A DNA stretch of 64,000 bases, taken from the NCBI GenBank assembly GCA_964016885.1, contig CAXHJY010001261.1:24988-88987 (forward strand), written 5' to 3'. The position numbers and the translations under genes were made by a program. This document shows, piece after piece, positions 1-15,000 of this stretch. Position 1 is the first letter of the stretch; each line of letters begins with the position of its first letter. The DNA is from Eledone cirrhosa (Eukaryota). The notes beneath the pieces were generated by a model that saw only the letters and a program-made list of their open reading frames with translations, was not told the DNA's origin and made no database searches.

Positions 1-676
1 TAATTATTTTTATTAAGGTATATCATATGTTTAATTAATTGAAACTAATGGCAATTTTGCATGTACTTCAGATGTGGATATGTTCTTTGTTTATGTAAAA
101 TGCTGACTCTTGCAATGGCTTCTTTTAAAAAATTTTCACTCCTGCACATCCATCAACTATTTTTATTCTAACTATATAATGAAATTAATAACATTGTAAA
201 TAAATAATAGATAAGTAATGCTTTTTACTTAAACCTACTTCCTTCTACCTATTAGATAATTTCGACTCCTGCAAATCGCACAACAAATACTCTTAACTGT
301 ATAAGAAAAATAATTAATAAAATTGTAAATAGTAATGACATAAGAATTGTACCTCAATCTATAATTTTGCACTGACAAAAAACTCCATGTACAAAATATG
401 TTTCTTGAATCTAATTGCTTGCTCTACACTCAGTGTTTTGATATGTTTATTCTTGAAACCAGTTGAAATTGGTAAACTTTGTTCTTTCTCACATTGTCCT
501 GAAGATATGAGAGTTATAGATATTATGTATGGTATTAATAATTATTTACAGTTGTTTATATAGACATGTACCATTGTAACCATATTGAAATGGACACAGA
601 AATAAAAGAATGCATGTAAGTTGTTAACTTTGGTCTTTTGCCATATTACTATATATTTTTTTCAGTAAACATATAC

Positions 677-720
<44 letters not shown>

Positions 721-728
<8 letters not shown>

Positions 729-780
729 GGCCAAAAAGTTTGTTGGTTTTTTTAAGCGAAAATAAGACACTAGTTTTAAA
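721..780. mobile_element. Orphan mariner-type terminal inverted repeat fragment
   Basis: TA+TTGGATTGGCCAAAAAGTT... resembles mariner TIR starts; lies between (TA)n runs; no partner end seen. Confidence 0.4.
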
Positions 781-781
781 C

Positions 782-812
<31 letters not shown>

Positions 813-2141
813 CAGGGTGCGGCATAAATACTGTTACAAAATAAAATGCTTATAACTCCTTAAATATTTATTGTATCTAGCTCCAGTTGTGGCACAAAGT
901 AATTAATAAAATGTTTATTAACACCATAAAATCTTATTTGATATGCTTTCCTTTTGCTCTCACAACACCTTGAAGTCTCTTAGGAAAAACCTGGATGGCA
1001 GCATACACAGTTTCAATTAGAATATTGTCCCATACTTTCACCAATTTTGCCTTCAGAGACTCAATATTGTTGTGCAGAGTAGAGCAGGTTTCACTCTCAA
1101 GAATTGACCACAAGGAATAGTCAAGAAGGTTGATATCTGGTGATGAAGGTAGGACAGTTGTCTCGACACCACTGTTGTGTCACTCAAGTGGTGTGGCTCT
1201 TAACCGTCTTGGAGTCCATCCATAAGTGGTACTGCAGTATGGATTCAGCACACCCACCAGGATATTTCTAATGTAAACTTCTTTGTTGATTTTTAACCTT
1301 TCAGGGACAAAAAAAAAAACACAAAAGAACAGGGGACCCTATTTCCGAACGGCAATCCAAACCATAATTGATGCCGGTTTCTGGGAACGGAGACATTTGC
1401 CAAAAGCAGAAGGGACTGAATCATGGTTTTTCAAAAGAACACGATCATTTTGGTGATTGAATGTATGTTAAACTGTAAACAGTTTCTCATCAGTAAAGAT
1501 TATGTTCTTCAGCATGCCATCTTTAAGTTGTTTGAGCAATTGTTTACTTCTTTCAAGTCTCTTTTGTATCGTGGAGGGGAACATCCCGAGATCATCTTTG
1601 CATAGCCTCCTCATGGATCTCTCCAAAATCTCTGCCTCTTTCACCATTTTTCTCATAGACTTTTTTGGATTACGTCTGATTTTCTCACGCACGCTTTTGA
1701 TGAGTTTTAGTGTTCTGGAGGTGTGAGGACGTCCTGATCTTGGTTTGTCTTTTGTTGAAGTTTCTTTGAAGCAATCAATGGTCTTTTTCATGAGCATTCT
1801 GTTAATTCCAAGCTGTTTTCCAGCTTTAAAAATCTAAGGTAGAGTCTTTCCTTTTTCATGCTGTTCAATTATAAATGTTCTTTTCAATTCTAAGGACATT
1901 TCTGCAATGAATCCTTATATAACCTCCAAAAAACAGTTAGTATATAGTATTAGGTTAATATTTTAGCAATAAGATCAACAACTAAGTAATTCATTGTTTC
2001 TACTTTAGGCACAAGGCCAGCAATTACCCAGTGCATTACTGGTACTTTATTTTATCGACCCCGTAAGGATGAAAGGCAAAAAGTAATTAATATGAATTAA
2101 ACTCACTTGATATTTTGTAACAGTAATTATGCTGCACCGTG
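813..2141 (-). mobile_element. Decayed Tc1/mariner (DD37D/maT-like) DNA transposon
   Basis: About 30-bp TIRs CAGGGTGCGGCATAAATACTGTTACAAAAT (813) and its near reverse complement (2112-2141); preceded by TA; transposase remnants RSGRP..IRRNP..IIFTDEKLFTV (ORF 1468-1797) and SPDINLLDYSLWSILE near 1100-1145; frameshifted; SINE fragment inserted near 2000-2080. Confidence 0.85.
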
Positions 2142-2323
2142 TGTGTGTGTGTGTGTGTGTGTTTATATATATTTCATCAGGGAAAAGCAGACGTAAAATG
2201 ATGATGATTATATATATATATACATGTTATATACACCAATTATATATCACACATGCTTAGCAATATGACTACCACCACCCAGCACACTACAGCAGATAGA
2301 TCTGGAAATGTGATAACACTTAC

Positions 2324-2391
2324 TATTTTCAGTTTTATCAATATCTGCCTCTTCCTCTGCGTTGATCACATCCATCATGGATAGTAACATT
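2324..2391 (-). CDS. AKT1S1: PRAS40-like exon ([22 protein letters not shown])
   Basis: taccttcag acceptor, ATA|gtaagt donor, 68 nt, phase 2 to 1. Confidence 0.75.
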
Positions 2392-3772
2392 CTGAAGGTA
2401 GAGAGTGACAAATCATCAATAATGATGACACCAACAGCACAACAGCAGCAACGATGACCAAAACTAACAGAAACAATATAAACTGATAACAACAGTACAT
2501 CTGTTTTACTACCACCATTAGAACTCTACTACATCACACAGTACTACAACACTTCATTACCACACTACAACTACTATATTAATGATAGATGTGACAACAG
2601 TACATCTGTTACACCACCTACATCACACAATATCACAGACACCACACTATAACTACTATATTAATGAGAGATGTAACAACTTACGTGATTAACCTCTTCT
2701 TGTCTTCTTTAGCTCGCTCTTGAACTTTGTCAAACGATGCTTTCTGTTGTAATTCAAACCTCCTGTAATAGAGAAGTTATATACCTATTGACTACAGATA
2801 GCAAATACTTTACAATAACATTTATTTATATACAAACCTTTCAACTGTTCACTCCTTACATTGACATGGAAATATTGCACACGAACATTGTATATTTGGT
2901 TCGTTGACTGGGCAATGTGTTATGTCCTAGATAGTATCAGCAATGGAAAGACCAATGAAAACATTGTTTCCTTGGTCTGACATGACGAGTTCCACCCAAC
3001 TCAGTAAGCAAATGAGGTCTGGGATCTTGTCAATCGATTCCTTATAATTCATAACCAGTGATATCTCAACTGTTGACCTCATATACTGATATGTCAGTGA
3101 TTACATTTAACCTTACACTTGCTGACTACAGTGATTTAATAGTGACTTTGTATCAGGTCACCTTATACATAGCATATAATAGCCTTTCCAATGCTGACCT
3201 AATGCTGTTATAGTACATACAAACTAAGTAGGGACTTTTTATCAGGTCACCTTATACACAGCATATCTTAGCCTTTCCAATGCTAACCTAATGCTGTAAA
3301 GTACATACAAAGAAATGACTTTTTAACAGTTGACCTTATTAATTGACACGGTGGAGACACTTGGCCTAGTGGTATGTTGGCCTTAATTATAATGTCATGG
3401 GTTCGATTCCTGGACTGGGTTGTGTGTTGCATTCTTGAGCAAAACACTTCATTTCATGTTGCTCCAGTATACTCAGCCGAAAATGAGTACCAGCAATAGC
3501 TGGAGGTTTAACTCTGTAATGGACAGGCATCCAATCCAAGGGGAGTTTTGTATGCTCAGTTGCTTAATGTCACAGACACCAGGATAAGCATTGGTCTGAT
3601 GAGCCGCCAGGCTCCAAACAGACTTTAGATTTTAGTTATAATACCAGGAATGGTTGACACAGAGTTACAGTTTCAGTGATCATCTAGGTCATAAAAATGG
3701 AAACTTATAAGATCTCTATAAACTAAGGTAAATATTTTAAATTTATGTGACTTTTCTAAGGATTCACAATGC

Positions 3773-3821
<49 letters not shown>

Positions 3822-6800
3822 ATGTGACTTATTGAAAGTATTTAAATAATAATTCAATAATAAAAAAACACTGACTACACATCTAAGAAACGGAATAATA
3901 CAGTCCACATTATTATTTTGTCTTTATGCATGGCCTAGAGATTAGAGAACAGGATTCGTAATCATGAAATAAGGAGCTCAGTTCCTGGACCAGGCGTTGT
4001 GGCCAGTAGATGGTATCAGCAATGGAAAGATTAATGGAAACATTGTTTCCATGGTCCAATTTGATAAGTTCCACTCCACTCAGTAAGTGTATGACATCTG
4101 GGAAATTGTCAATCAATTCCCTTCTCATTGCACACCAATATCCTTTACAGTTTTTGTTTTAAATGCAATTATCCCTTACTTCTTACCTCACTATCCCACA
4201 AAGCATTCCATGAACTGACAAGGGAACATGGCCCTGTGCCGTCTCCTGGTAAAAATCTCCCACAAATCAAGCTCCACTATCTTAGAAAAATACACATTGA
4301 ACAATGTCATCCTAGGTACCCTGCATATATGAAGACAGTAGGATGGTCTCAGCTGGAATGCTTCTGATCATGTTTGCTTGATTAGAGCTGACTTGGGTTG
4401 AACAACAATATCATTACATCATAATATAAATATCAATCAGATAGCCATAATCACTCAATCTCCAGGTAACAGCAGCCAAATTTCTCTCAAAATGCACCCT
4501 ATTTTCATCATTCATCACCATTTAACATCTATTTTTCCCCGCTTGCATGGGTCAGACAGGTTGTCATGTTATGAGACAAGTCAGTCCAGGTGACCATATC
4601 TTGCTCATACAGATTTGTATTTCGGCTTGTTTCTACAGCTGAATGCCCTTCCTAAGACCACCCACGTTATTGGGTGGACAGGGTGCTTTTTATTGAGGCA
4701 CCAAAAACAACCATCTAATAGGGTTGCTTGGTGCTTTTTCATTGTGTCACCATGGAAGGTGACACATTTGGATAATATAGTCCTAGATACACTATGGCTG
4801 AATTAATAATGAAACAGTCACATAATGATGAACATCTTCAATCACAGCTCTGCTGGATCAAAGCTGAGCTTGGGCTAAATAACATCACACCATCATAAAA
4901 TTTAAACTGCTGATTGTGTAAGGATTGTTTCTGGACAGATTTTAGAAGGAAAGCCAACTGGCAGGTGACTCAGAGGTAGACCCCAAGCAAGATAGTTGGA
5001 TATCATTTATGAGCTGGGTTGGTCTCATTTGGGGATCCAAGCTGAATCAATTGGAAACGGTTGCTTCTGACAGGACCCGCTGGAAGGAATATTTGAGGAC
5101 TCTGCTCCCATGACCCTCTCAGGAATAAGTGAGTGAAGAAGGAGATTTTGTAAGGTGAAAGACTTGCCAAAGATAACAATTGTACTGCTGAGCTGAGAAA
5201 TTGGAGGAAGGTACTTACCTGATCCGTTCCTCCATTTCACTTTCTTCTTCAATCAAATAATTATCCATCTGAGTCTGTAGAGCAGCCAGATGGTTCTGGA
5301 GAGATTCGAAATACTGTGGAGCTGTAGAAAAAGTTGGAATAAGAAAAAAAGTGGATTAGTTAGTGTGTGGCACTGAAAAGGAGTGATGATGATGATTTTA
5401 CCATAGCACCATATCACTAAGGAGGTTGTCAAATCTTAGGCACAACTACCTATTTAAAAAAGTACTGAACGTTTGACTATGAGGACAGTAGTGCAGCATT
5501 TTAAATTAACAGCTTATAATAAGTATTTCTTTTCATAGATCCTTAAAGTTCCCTGGGCTAGTGTTTATCTCCAATTTCTGAAGCATTAAGAAGACAAAAA
5601 ACAAATCTCCTGAAAATACAAACCACGGCCATCTTAACACTCCTATCACTCTGGCAAGCCATGTTCTTATCAGTAATATACTAACTAGGCTGTTCCATTA
5701 ATTACACTATCACTCTAGCAAGCCATGTTTTCATCAGTAATATACTAAGCTGTTCAATTAATACATCTTTCTCTTCAATAAAACTGATATTGTGCAAAGT
5801 CCAAAGAAATGTATTATCATCATCATCACTGTTTAATGGCTTTTTTATGCCTGTATAAGTTAAATGGGCTGTCATGTACTGGGGCTAGATTAGTCAGGTG
5901 ACTATGTCTTGCTCTTACGCTCTATTTTTGGCTTGGTTTCTACAGCTGGATGCCTTTCCAAATGCCAACCATTTTATCACGACTCCAGCTCTACCACATT
6001 ACAGTTCTTCAGATTAAGTGGGTTTTTGCGGGGGAGTACCAGCATTATGGCTTTACAGAATTGGCTAGGTGCATTTTATCGTGGCTCCTATTTTTTTTAA
6101 AAAGATCATCTTACCAGGCATGCTGCCAGAAAAGGGAACTGTTGTATTGAGTATTATTTGGAAAGCTGGAGAGAAAGTAGTTGACCGCCTTAAACATTCC
6201 AAAGCTGTAGGATCACGCTGAAATAAAGGAAAGACATTAAGTCATTAAGAGAAAGAGAGGAGGGGGAGGCACAGATAAATTTCATGGGATGGGCGGGGTA
6301 GGGGGGGGGGGGGGGGGGGGAACACAGCCAGAATTCTCTTTTCAAGGATTTGAAAGAATGGCAAGTAAAATGCTTTAAGGTGTTTAGTTATGTTCCATTC
6401 AATTTCTACCATGATTAGCTTTTCTTTTTGTCTCCCTAGGGTCAATAAAATAAAGTACCAATTTAATAGACAATAACCTCCTGCTTGGTGAACTTATTAC
6501 AGAAGCAACTGTCCCCAATTTACCTGGTTGGATCCCCGAGCGAAACCAGCTGAGCTCATGGATGTTACCCAATCATCTTGCTTGGAGTCTACCCCTGGGT
6601 TTCCTGCTGGTTGGTTTTGCTCGTAAAATCTGGACAGCAATTCTTTCCTGAGATATTCTAACTACATGTCCGTAGCATCAGAGATGTGATCTCTCAATTT
6701 AGAAAAGCAGTGGTTCTGCCTTGAGCAACACTGATCTCCGAGCTATGAACTCTATCGAGTAATGTACTCCAAAGACCCTTCGGGGAATCCCATTTCGGGA

Positions 6801-9800
6801 TTGTATTCGCGATCGTATTCTTTTGGTCATTACCCAAAATTCGTGATCATACATCAAACCAACCCATAAAATTATTAACACAGTATATGGCAGAATTAGT
6901 AGAGTGGTTGACAAAATGTAACTACTGGGTTTTTTAACAAAACTGATTCTTCCATAAAAAACCTTGTCCAGGCTTACATTTTCGAGATATGCAAATTCAT
7001 GATCTCATAAGATATATGGAAGCCTCAGATAGAGATATAGTAATCATTCATCATCTTTATTTAGCATCCATTCTTCTTGAATCCTAAATAAAAGATGGGA
7101 TGGTCATGGCCCAAACACTTTCCACTGTAGCTCTGCAGAATAAAGGTTGACATGGGTCTAAACAACATCAACTCCTAACATTTACATTTGTTCTACATCA
7201 GCCATATTGCAAAAATGTGCAAGATAACATAAATACTTCTTACCTCCATATTTTTACCAATGAAAAACTTGCGGTTATCACCAGTCTGCTGCTCAGAAAC
7301 AGCATGGGTGGTGATGTCACAGTTCCGACAGTGATACACCGTCCATTCCTTCACAACTTTTTTCTGCACAAAGAACGAATGGCTCTGCAAAGAATGAAAT
7401 GGAAAAGTTTACTGAGAGAAGATGGTGAAGATAGTGGAGTAGTTTAACCATTTCATTACCATATTTCTAATGAAATACACCACTTATGTTTTTCAAATAA
7501 TTCTGTAAATAATCAACAATTTGAAAGGATGTAGTAAAATAACTAACTTCCTCACTATTAACCCCTTCATTACCAAACTTATAATGAGACACTGCTTATG
7601 TCATTAACCATTTCATCACCATATTTCTAATGAAATACACCACCTATGTTATTCCATTAATTTTTTAAATAATCAACAATCTAAAGGGATTTAATACATA
7701 ACTTAAGGATATTCTTCCATAACATTACATTTTGTTTAAATAGGAAAATGTTAAAACAAGAGGTTTGCCATAATAGAATCTGTTCAGTTTGGGGCAAGTA
7801 GGAATTAAAAAGGTATTGAGAGCTTGCTTGACAGAGATCAGTTAAATACAGTTGATGGGTAGAGATAACATAGATAAGTTATAAAAGGAGCAAACAGAAT
7901 ATATGCTAAGTATATTCTGGCCTAGTGGTAAGGGTTTGGACATACAATCATAATGTCATGAGTTTGATTCCTGGACAGGGTTGTGTGTTGTGTTCTTGAA
8001 TAAAACACTTCATTTCACAATACTCCAGTATACTCAGCTGAAAATGTGTACCCGCAATAGCTGGGAGTTTAATCCTGTGATAGACTGGCATCCAGTCCAG
8101 AGGGAAGTCTTGTACACTCAGTTGCTTGATACCACGAAAACCGGAATAAGCACCAGCCCGATGAGTCTCCAGACTCGAAACTGACTTTAGACTTTTTTTT
8201 TTAAAAGATATAAAATTGGCGACAGTAGACTTCCAAATTGATTTAGAGAGTATATAACAGTGTTATTCAGTTAGCTTTTGATTATAGGAGAGTTGACATG
8301 GAATAAATGACAATTAAAACCACAACCACTGCAATCAACAACCACCAACCCTAGCAGCTTTACCTACTGGAAATATCAGTCAAATTCTTTCAAATTACTC
8401 CCAACTGTCTTAAAAAGAAGAAAGATACATTCACTAATGCAGTCATAAATATACAAGACTAGCAGTTATACTAAGCTTTGCCCAGATTTATTAATACCTC
8501 AAATAAATATAAAGATATGCATTCACTATGTTTGGGATAAATTTATTACAATTTTCAGTTTCACCCATAGAGCTGATAGCAGTAGTTAACTGATAAATGT
8601 CATGATCATTAGATTATTAAATCAAACAGCTGACAAGTGACACTAGTTTTATCTACCATAAGCTGTATATCTAATCCATGCAAGCCTTGAAAATAGATGT
8701 TGAATGGTGATGATGATATATAGACACACTGAAGTGAGTATTTTAAATACTAGTGTACATAAAATGCTTAAACATATACTGACTGAGAACTCAATATATA
8801 TGATCAGTGTATAATTTATTTTCTGAAGACAAAAGCAGCAGTGTCTTTGAAGTTTCAATGACTGCTTCTTCTGGCTATATATATATATATAGCTAAGTAT
8901 ATGCATACATATAAACAGATGCATGCATGTATCTTTAGATGAATGTATATGGAGGTATTTTGTTGTAATAAATAATTACTTCCTTCCTTTCTTTTTTTTT
9001 TTACTATAACCATTGCTGTCTTGTGATATTCAACGAATGAACAGAAACAGCTGTGTTCAAACTGTACAGAGGACATATTGTTCATTATAACAGTACTACT
9101 AATGACTATGCTGTTATATTTGCAACATAACCTTAAAGCAATTAAATTATGTAAGGTAATAGAGTAATGATAAAATGTTCCCAGTATATGTTATAAGGTG
9201 GTTGGCATTAGTAAGGGCATCGAACTATAGAAATAAAGCCCAAAAGGGAACGTACGAGCAAGATGTAGCCACCTGATGCAATCATGGAAAATAAACATTA
9301 AATTGTAATGTTTTAAATCAGCAAGAGTGCTTTAGACAGTAACTTACACTTCTAATTATATGGCCACAAACCAAAGGTTTTGACATAACAGTACAGCTTT
9401 AGGCAAAGAAATTTTGAAAAAAGTGCCAAAAAGCACAGCTGTTGAGTTCCCTCTTCAAGCTGAACTCTAGCATGTAAGTAGTTGGTTGAATGACCATATT
9501 AGGCCCTCAAATCCAGGCTATAAACTTCTGTCTAGTTGAAAATTATACTGCACTCTCTGACATACTGTGGTAGTGAATGAAATTAAACATGCCCATCTAT
9601 AGCTTGGTGTAGAGCAAAGGTTCTCAACAGGGGGGGGGGGGTCGTTTCGGAGCTCCAGGGGGGCGCTGGAAGGCTCTTTACTCTGGTAAATTTTATAAGC
9701 CATATATGTACGTCTCTCACTTAGCCAGTGTGAATGCATTTGAATAAAAAAAAAACGAAGAAAATAAATAAAAGAAGCTTGTCGATGAATTCCCTAGGGA

Positions 9801-10970
9801 GATAAAAGAAAAACGAAATAAAAAAAATGAAAATAAGAACAACAACTATGACAGCAGTTACAAGAACAACTTCAACAGAAATGACAAGAAGAAGAAGCAA
9901 TGGTGATGAAAGGTGTGGGTACATACATACAAACATACACCGCATGCATACGTACATACATACATACATACACACACATACACATATATATATATATATA
10001 TACATACACACACACACAGGCTGGCGTTGGTGTTTGATGAGGTTGAAAAACTGTGGTAGTTAATCTCCCTAGGTAATAAAATCTGGAGAGAAAATTCTCT
10101 CCTTACCAAAAAACCATAAATCATGCCATATACACACACAAATATAAATGCATGCTTATATACAAATATATAAATGTATAGTTATACACATAGGTAAATG
10201 TATGTATATATGTATGTATGTAGTTTTATATATATATATGAAAAATATGAAAACATGGCGTGCTGCGTGGTTGCAAATGGGTTACATATGAATAAATTTA
10301 GTCCTTCATCAGTGATCTTCCAGCCTTCATTGGTATTTCATCGCTTTAAAGACCATATACCTCCGGTTGGTGCGAGCAACAGCTAAAGAAAGTCGTTGGG
10401 ACACGTAAATAGGGGGAATGAGCGATACAGTAAACAAGCAAAGATGGTAATGCAACGAAAAGTGAGGAAGAAGGAGTCAAGTCCTTGAAATCGATGAACA
10501 TAAGCTCTGTGAAATCGTGGACGAGAGAGAATAAAGACCATCAAACCTGGTCGAAATGTGAGTAAGGAAAGAATTTCGCACAGGTCAAACGGGAGGAAGA
10601 AGGAGTCAAGTCCCTGAAATCGATGAACATAAGTTCTGTGAAATCGTAGACAAGAGAGAATAAAAACCATCCGACCTGGTCGAAGTGTGAGTGAGGAAAG
10701 AATCTCACACAGGTCAAACGGGAGGAAGTAGGAGAGGGAGTAGCAGAGAGAGAGTGAGTGAAAGTGTGAGGAAGAGGCTAACAGAGAGAGTGACTGGTAG
10801 AGGGGGTAAAAGGAAGTGAGAGATACAGAGAAAAGGGGAAGCAGTAAGAAAGAAAAGCGAGGTTACATGGCAGTGAGACATGGGCAGTGTGTGCAGAGGA
10901 TCTGCGCAGACTGGAGAGGAACGAAGCTTGCATGCTCCGTTGGATGTGTAATAGTAATATACGTGAACGG

Positions 10971-11011
<41 letters not shown>

Positions 11012-11824
11012 GCATGGGCCCAGCACTATGTGTCAATAATTGTCACAAGTGTAGTGTTTGCACCAGAGTTTTCAAGTCGTTGGCTAAAAAGTCACACTCG
11101 TTCAGCACATCGGTAGGGGTTCTCTACATGGATATAAAGTAGGGGCCGTACTCGAAAACGAGTTGGCAGCCACCATGTATGCATATATATACATACATAT
11201 ACATATATATATATGTATGTATATATACATATATATACGTATGTATATATACATATATATACGTATGTATATATACATATATATACGTATGTATATATAC
11301 ATATATATACGTATGTATATATACATATATATACGTATGTATATATACATATATATACGTATGTATATATACATATATATACGTATGTATATATACATAT
11401 ATATACGTATGTATATATACATATATATACGTATGTATATATACATATATATACGTATGTATATATACATATATATACGTATGTATATATACATATATAT
11501 ACATATGTATATATACATATATATACGTATGTATATATACATATATATACGTATGTATATATACATATATATACGTATGTATATATACATATATATACGT
11601 ATGTATATATACATATATATACATATGTATATATACATATATATACGTATGTATATATACATATATATACATATGTATATATACATATATATACATATGT
11701 ATATATACATATATATACGTATGTATATATACATATATATACATATGTATATATACATATATATACGTATGTATATATACATATATATACATATATACAC
11801 ACACACACATATATATATATATAC

Positions 11825-11869
<45 letters not shown>

Positions 11870-11950
11870 CATATACACATATATATATATATACATATAC
11901 ACATATATATATATATACATATACACATATATATATATATACATATACAC

Positions 11951-12023
<73 letters not shown>

Positions 12024-15000
12024 CATACATATATATATATGTACATATATATATATATATATACATATATATATGGAAATTCCTGAAAGCAAACCTGCTG
12101 ATGGCGGCAGACAAAGTCTGTGGCTGGAGCAGGCCTGTAGGCAGGAGGAGAGTAACATGGTGGTGGAACAGTAAAGTGGAGGGGTAAATTAAGGCCAAAA
12201 GCAGGCTTGGAAAGTATGGCGGGATGGGGGAAGTAGAGAACACTATCAAGTGGCCAGGAGGGAAGCTAGGAGACAAGTGTACTTCGCAAGAAGGGAAGCA
12301 GAGGAAAGAAAGTTCAAGCATGTTCTACAACGCGAGGACCAAAAACGTGAGGTGTTCAGGATTGCTAGGCAATGTGTCAAAGAAAACCGTGATATTGTCG
12401 GGGAGAAGTGTGTACTTAATGATGACGGCGTACTTGCCATCACCGACGCTGATAAGAAGGTAGCTTGGCAGTGTCACTACGAAAGGGTACTAAATGAGGA
12501 GAATAAATGGGAGAAAGACAGTCTCCCCCACATCGACCCAATAGAGGGACCAGCAGTGTTAGTCGAGGGTAGTATAATAAGTAAGGCAATCAAAGATATG
12601 AAGACAGGTAAGGTGGCTGGGCCTTCGGAAATAGTTGCTGAGATGCTGAAGGCATCTGGTACGGTGGGACACACCATGGTCACCCGGATAGTTAACCAAG
12701 TCGTACAGAATGGGGTTGTTCCGAAGGACTGGCGTAGCAGCATCATCGTTAACTGTTATAAGGGTAAAGGAGATGCCCTAGATAGGAGTAACTATAGAGG
12801 CATTAAATTAATCGACCAGGTCATGAAGGTCACGGAAAAAGTAATAGCGCAACTAATCAGAGAGAGAATTGATCTAGATGAAATGCAGTTCGGGTTTGTG
12901 TCAGGCAAAAGTACCACAGACGCTCTTTTCATTGTACGACAACTACAGGAGAAGTACCTAGCTAAAAGTAAACCCCTATACTTAGCCTTTGTCGACTTGG
13001 AGAAAGCCTTCGACAGAGTCCCCCGTTCCATTATCTGGTGGGCTCTTAGAAAACTAGGTGTTGACGAATGGCTTGTGAGAGCTATACAAGCCATGTATAA
13101 AGAAACAGTCAGCAAGGTTAGAATTAACAACGAATATAGTGAAGAGTTTAGCGTAAAAGTTGGCGTCCATCAGGGCTCTGTTCTCAGCCCACTACTATTT
13201 ATTATTGCCCTTCAGGCTATAACAGAGGAGTTCAAGACCGGCTGCCCATGGGAACTCCTATACGCAGATGATCTAACACTCATAGCTGAATCAATGGCCG
13301 AGCTAGAGAAGAAATTCCAAACATGGAAGCACAGCCTAGAATCAAAAGGCCTTAAAATTAACCTGGCTAAGACTAAAGTTCTAGTTTGTAAGAAAGAAAA
13401 TAAGGCGGCGGTCCCTTCCGGGAAGTGGCCCTGCTCAGTGTGTAGGAAAGGCGTAGGTAGAAACTCCATTTTGTGTCCCAAATGCAAAGTATGGGTGCAT
13501 AAAAGATGTAGTGGGATCACAGGTAAGCTAACTAAGAACATAGATTTTACATGTGGCCGGTGCTCTGGTGCAATAAGTAGCAGCAAGTGCCCACAAAATA
13601 GTAGCTCTTTCAACTGCGCAGAGGGTTCTATAGAAATAGTGGACAGCTTCCGTTACCTGGGTGACAAAATCAGCAGTGGGGGAGGGTGCTCTGAAAGTAC
13701 AGTAGCTAGAGTCAGAACTGGATACAAAAAGTTCAGAGAGCTTATACCACTATTAGCCGCTAAAGGGTTCTCCCTAAAAATGAAAGGCAGGCTGTATGAT
13801 GCCTGCATACGAACAGCAATGTTGCATGGCAGTGAGACCTGGGCATTGTGTGCAGAGGATATACGCAGACTAGAGAGGAACGAAGCTTGCATACTCCGTT
13901 GGATGTATAATAGTAATATACGTGAACGGCAAAGCATAAACAAACTAAGGAAAAAATTAGAAATAAGAGGGATCAGATGTTGTTTACTCGAGAGAAGGCT
14001 ACGTTGGTATGGACACGTGATGCGCATGAAAGACGATAGCTGTATAACAAAGTGCAGGGCAATAAAGATAGACGGTAGCCACGGAGTAGGCAGACCCAGA
14101 AGAACCTGGGACGAGCTGATAAATTCCGACCTCACACACTTACACCTCTCCAAGACAATGTCACTGGACCGAGACCTTTGGCGGTACTCAGTAATAGAGA
14201 AGACCCGCCTTACCTAAATACAAAGTAAAACCTACTACAGTCAGTAGGCATCTCTAACAAAATACACCCCCGTCCCACCACCCTCACCCCATCCACACCG
14301 CCCCTTTCAATGTAAAGTTATGTTGGTGCCACAAAATCCAGGCCGAAACAAATGAGATCATGTAGGTGTCACGACAAAAAACACACAGTCCACGCTGTAA
14401 AGTGGCTGTGTAGGCAACACGGTAAAAACCTCCCAGCCCCACACTGTAAATGTGGTTGGTGCTAGGAAGGGCATCCAGCTGTAGAAAACCCGCCAGACAG
14501 TCCTATGCGAGCAAGATAATCACTCTTGCCTCAAGTGGGAAAACCCCCGTCCAAACCCATGCAAGCGTGGAACACGGACGTTAAACGTTGATGATGATAC
14601 ATAGGAATGTAGTATGCATATATATACATACATACATATGTATGTATGCATATATATACATACATGTATGTCAGATCACCAGTTGGTGCTACTGGTAACA
14701 TGTATCCCAGTACAACCCGTCTCATGGTCGGGTCGTTGGCGACTAAACTGGCAACCCCACCAAGGTTTCTTGGTGAGGGGGGTGACTTTGGACATCCTGC
14801 AGGACTAAAAACAAAACCTGTCAAAGGGCAAAGGAGCTCTTAAGAGTCAATGGCCATCCAAAATCACCAGGAGAGATGACCCCTTAGCCTTTGTCAAGGC
14901 AGAATTCTAGGAGAAGGAAAACTCTGATATAACACCTGCAACCATGATGGTATCCAATGATGTTGACTTGTTCTTCTTTTTGGTAAATATCATCTTGGTT

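Noticed and set aside
3590-3635. CTGATGA-gcc..ggc-tc-(G/C)AAAC in the SINE family 1 tail (also near 8158 and 35770) resembling a hammerhead
   Set aside because: No NUH site with stem III and stem I pairing downstream; it is the ordinary SINE tail hairpin.
2480-5765. Small local tandem duplications (about 2500-2680, 3140-3310, 5640-5765; also 7445-7690)
   Set aside because: Two-copy diverged intronic duplications with no spacer structure; not CRISPR-like.
10255-10325. Minus-strand CTGATGAAGG core
   Set aside because: No GAAA or stem I partner found; at most a heavily decayed relic.
11092-12321. Long YI/IY-rich ORFs here and at 17.5-18.7 kb and 56-60 kb
   Set aside because: Stop-free microsatellite translated in all frames; not genes.
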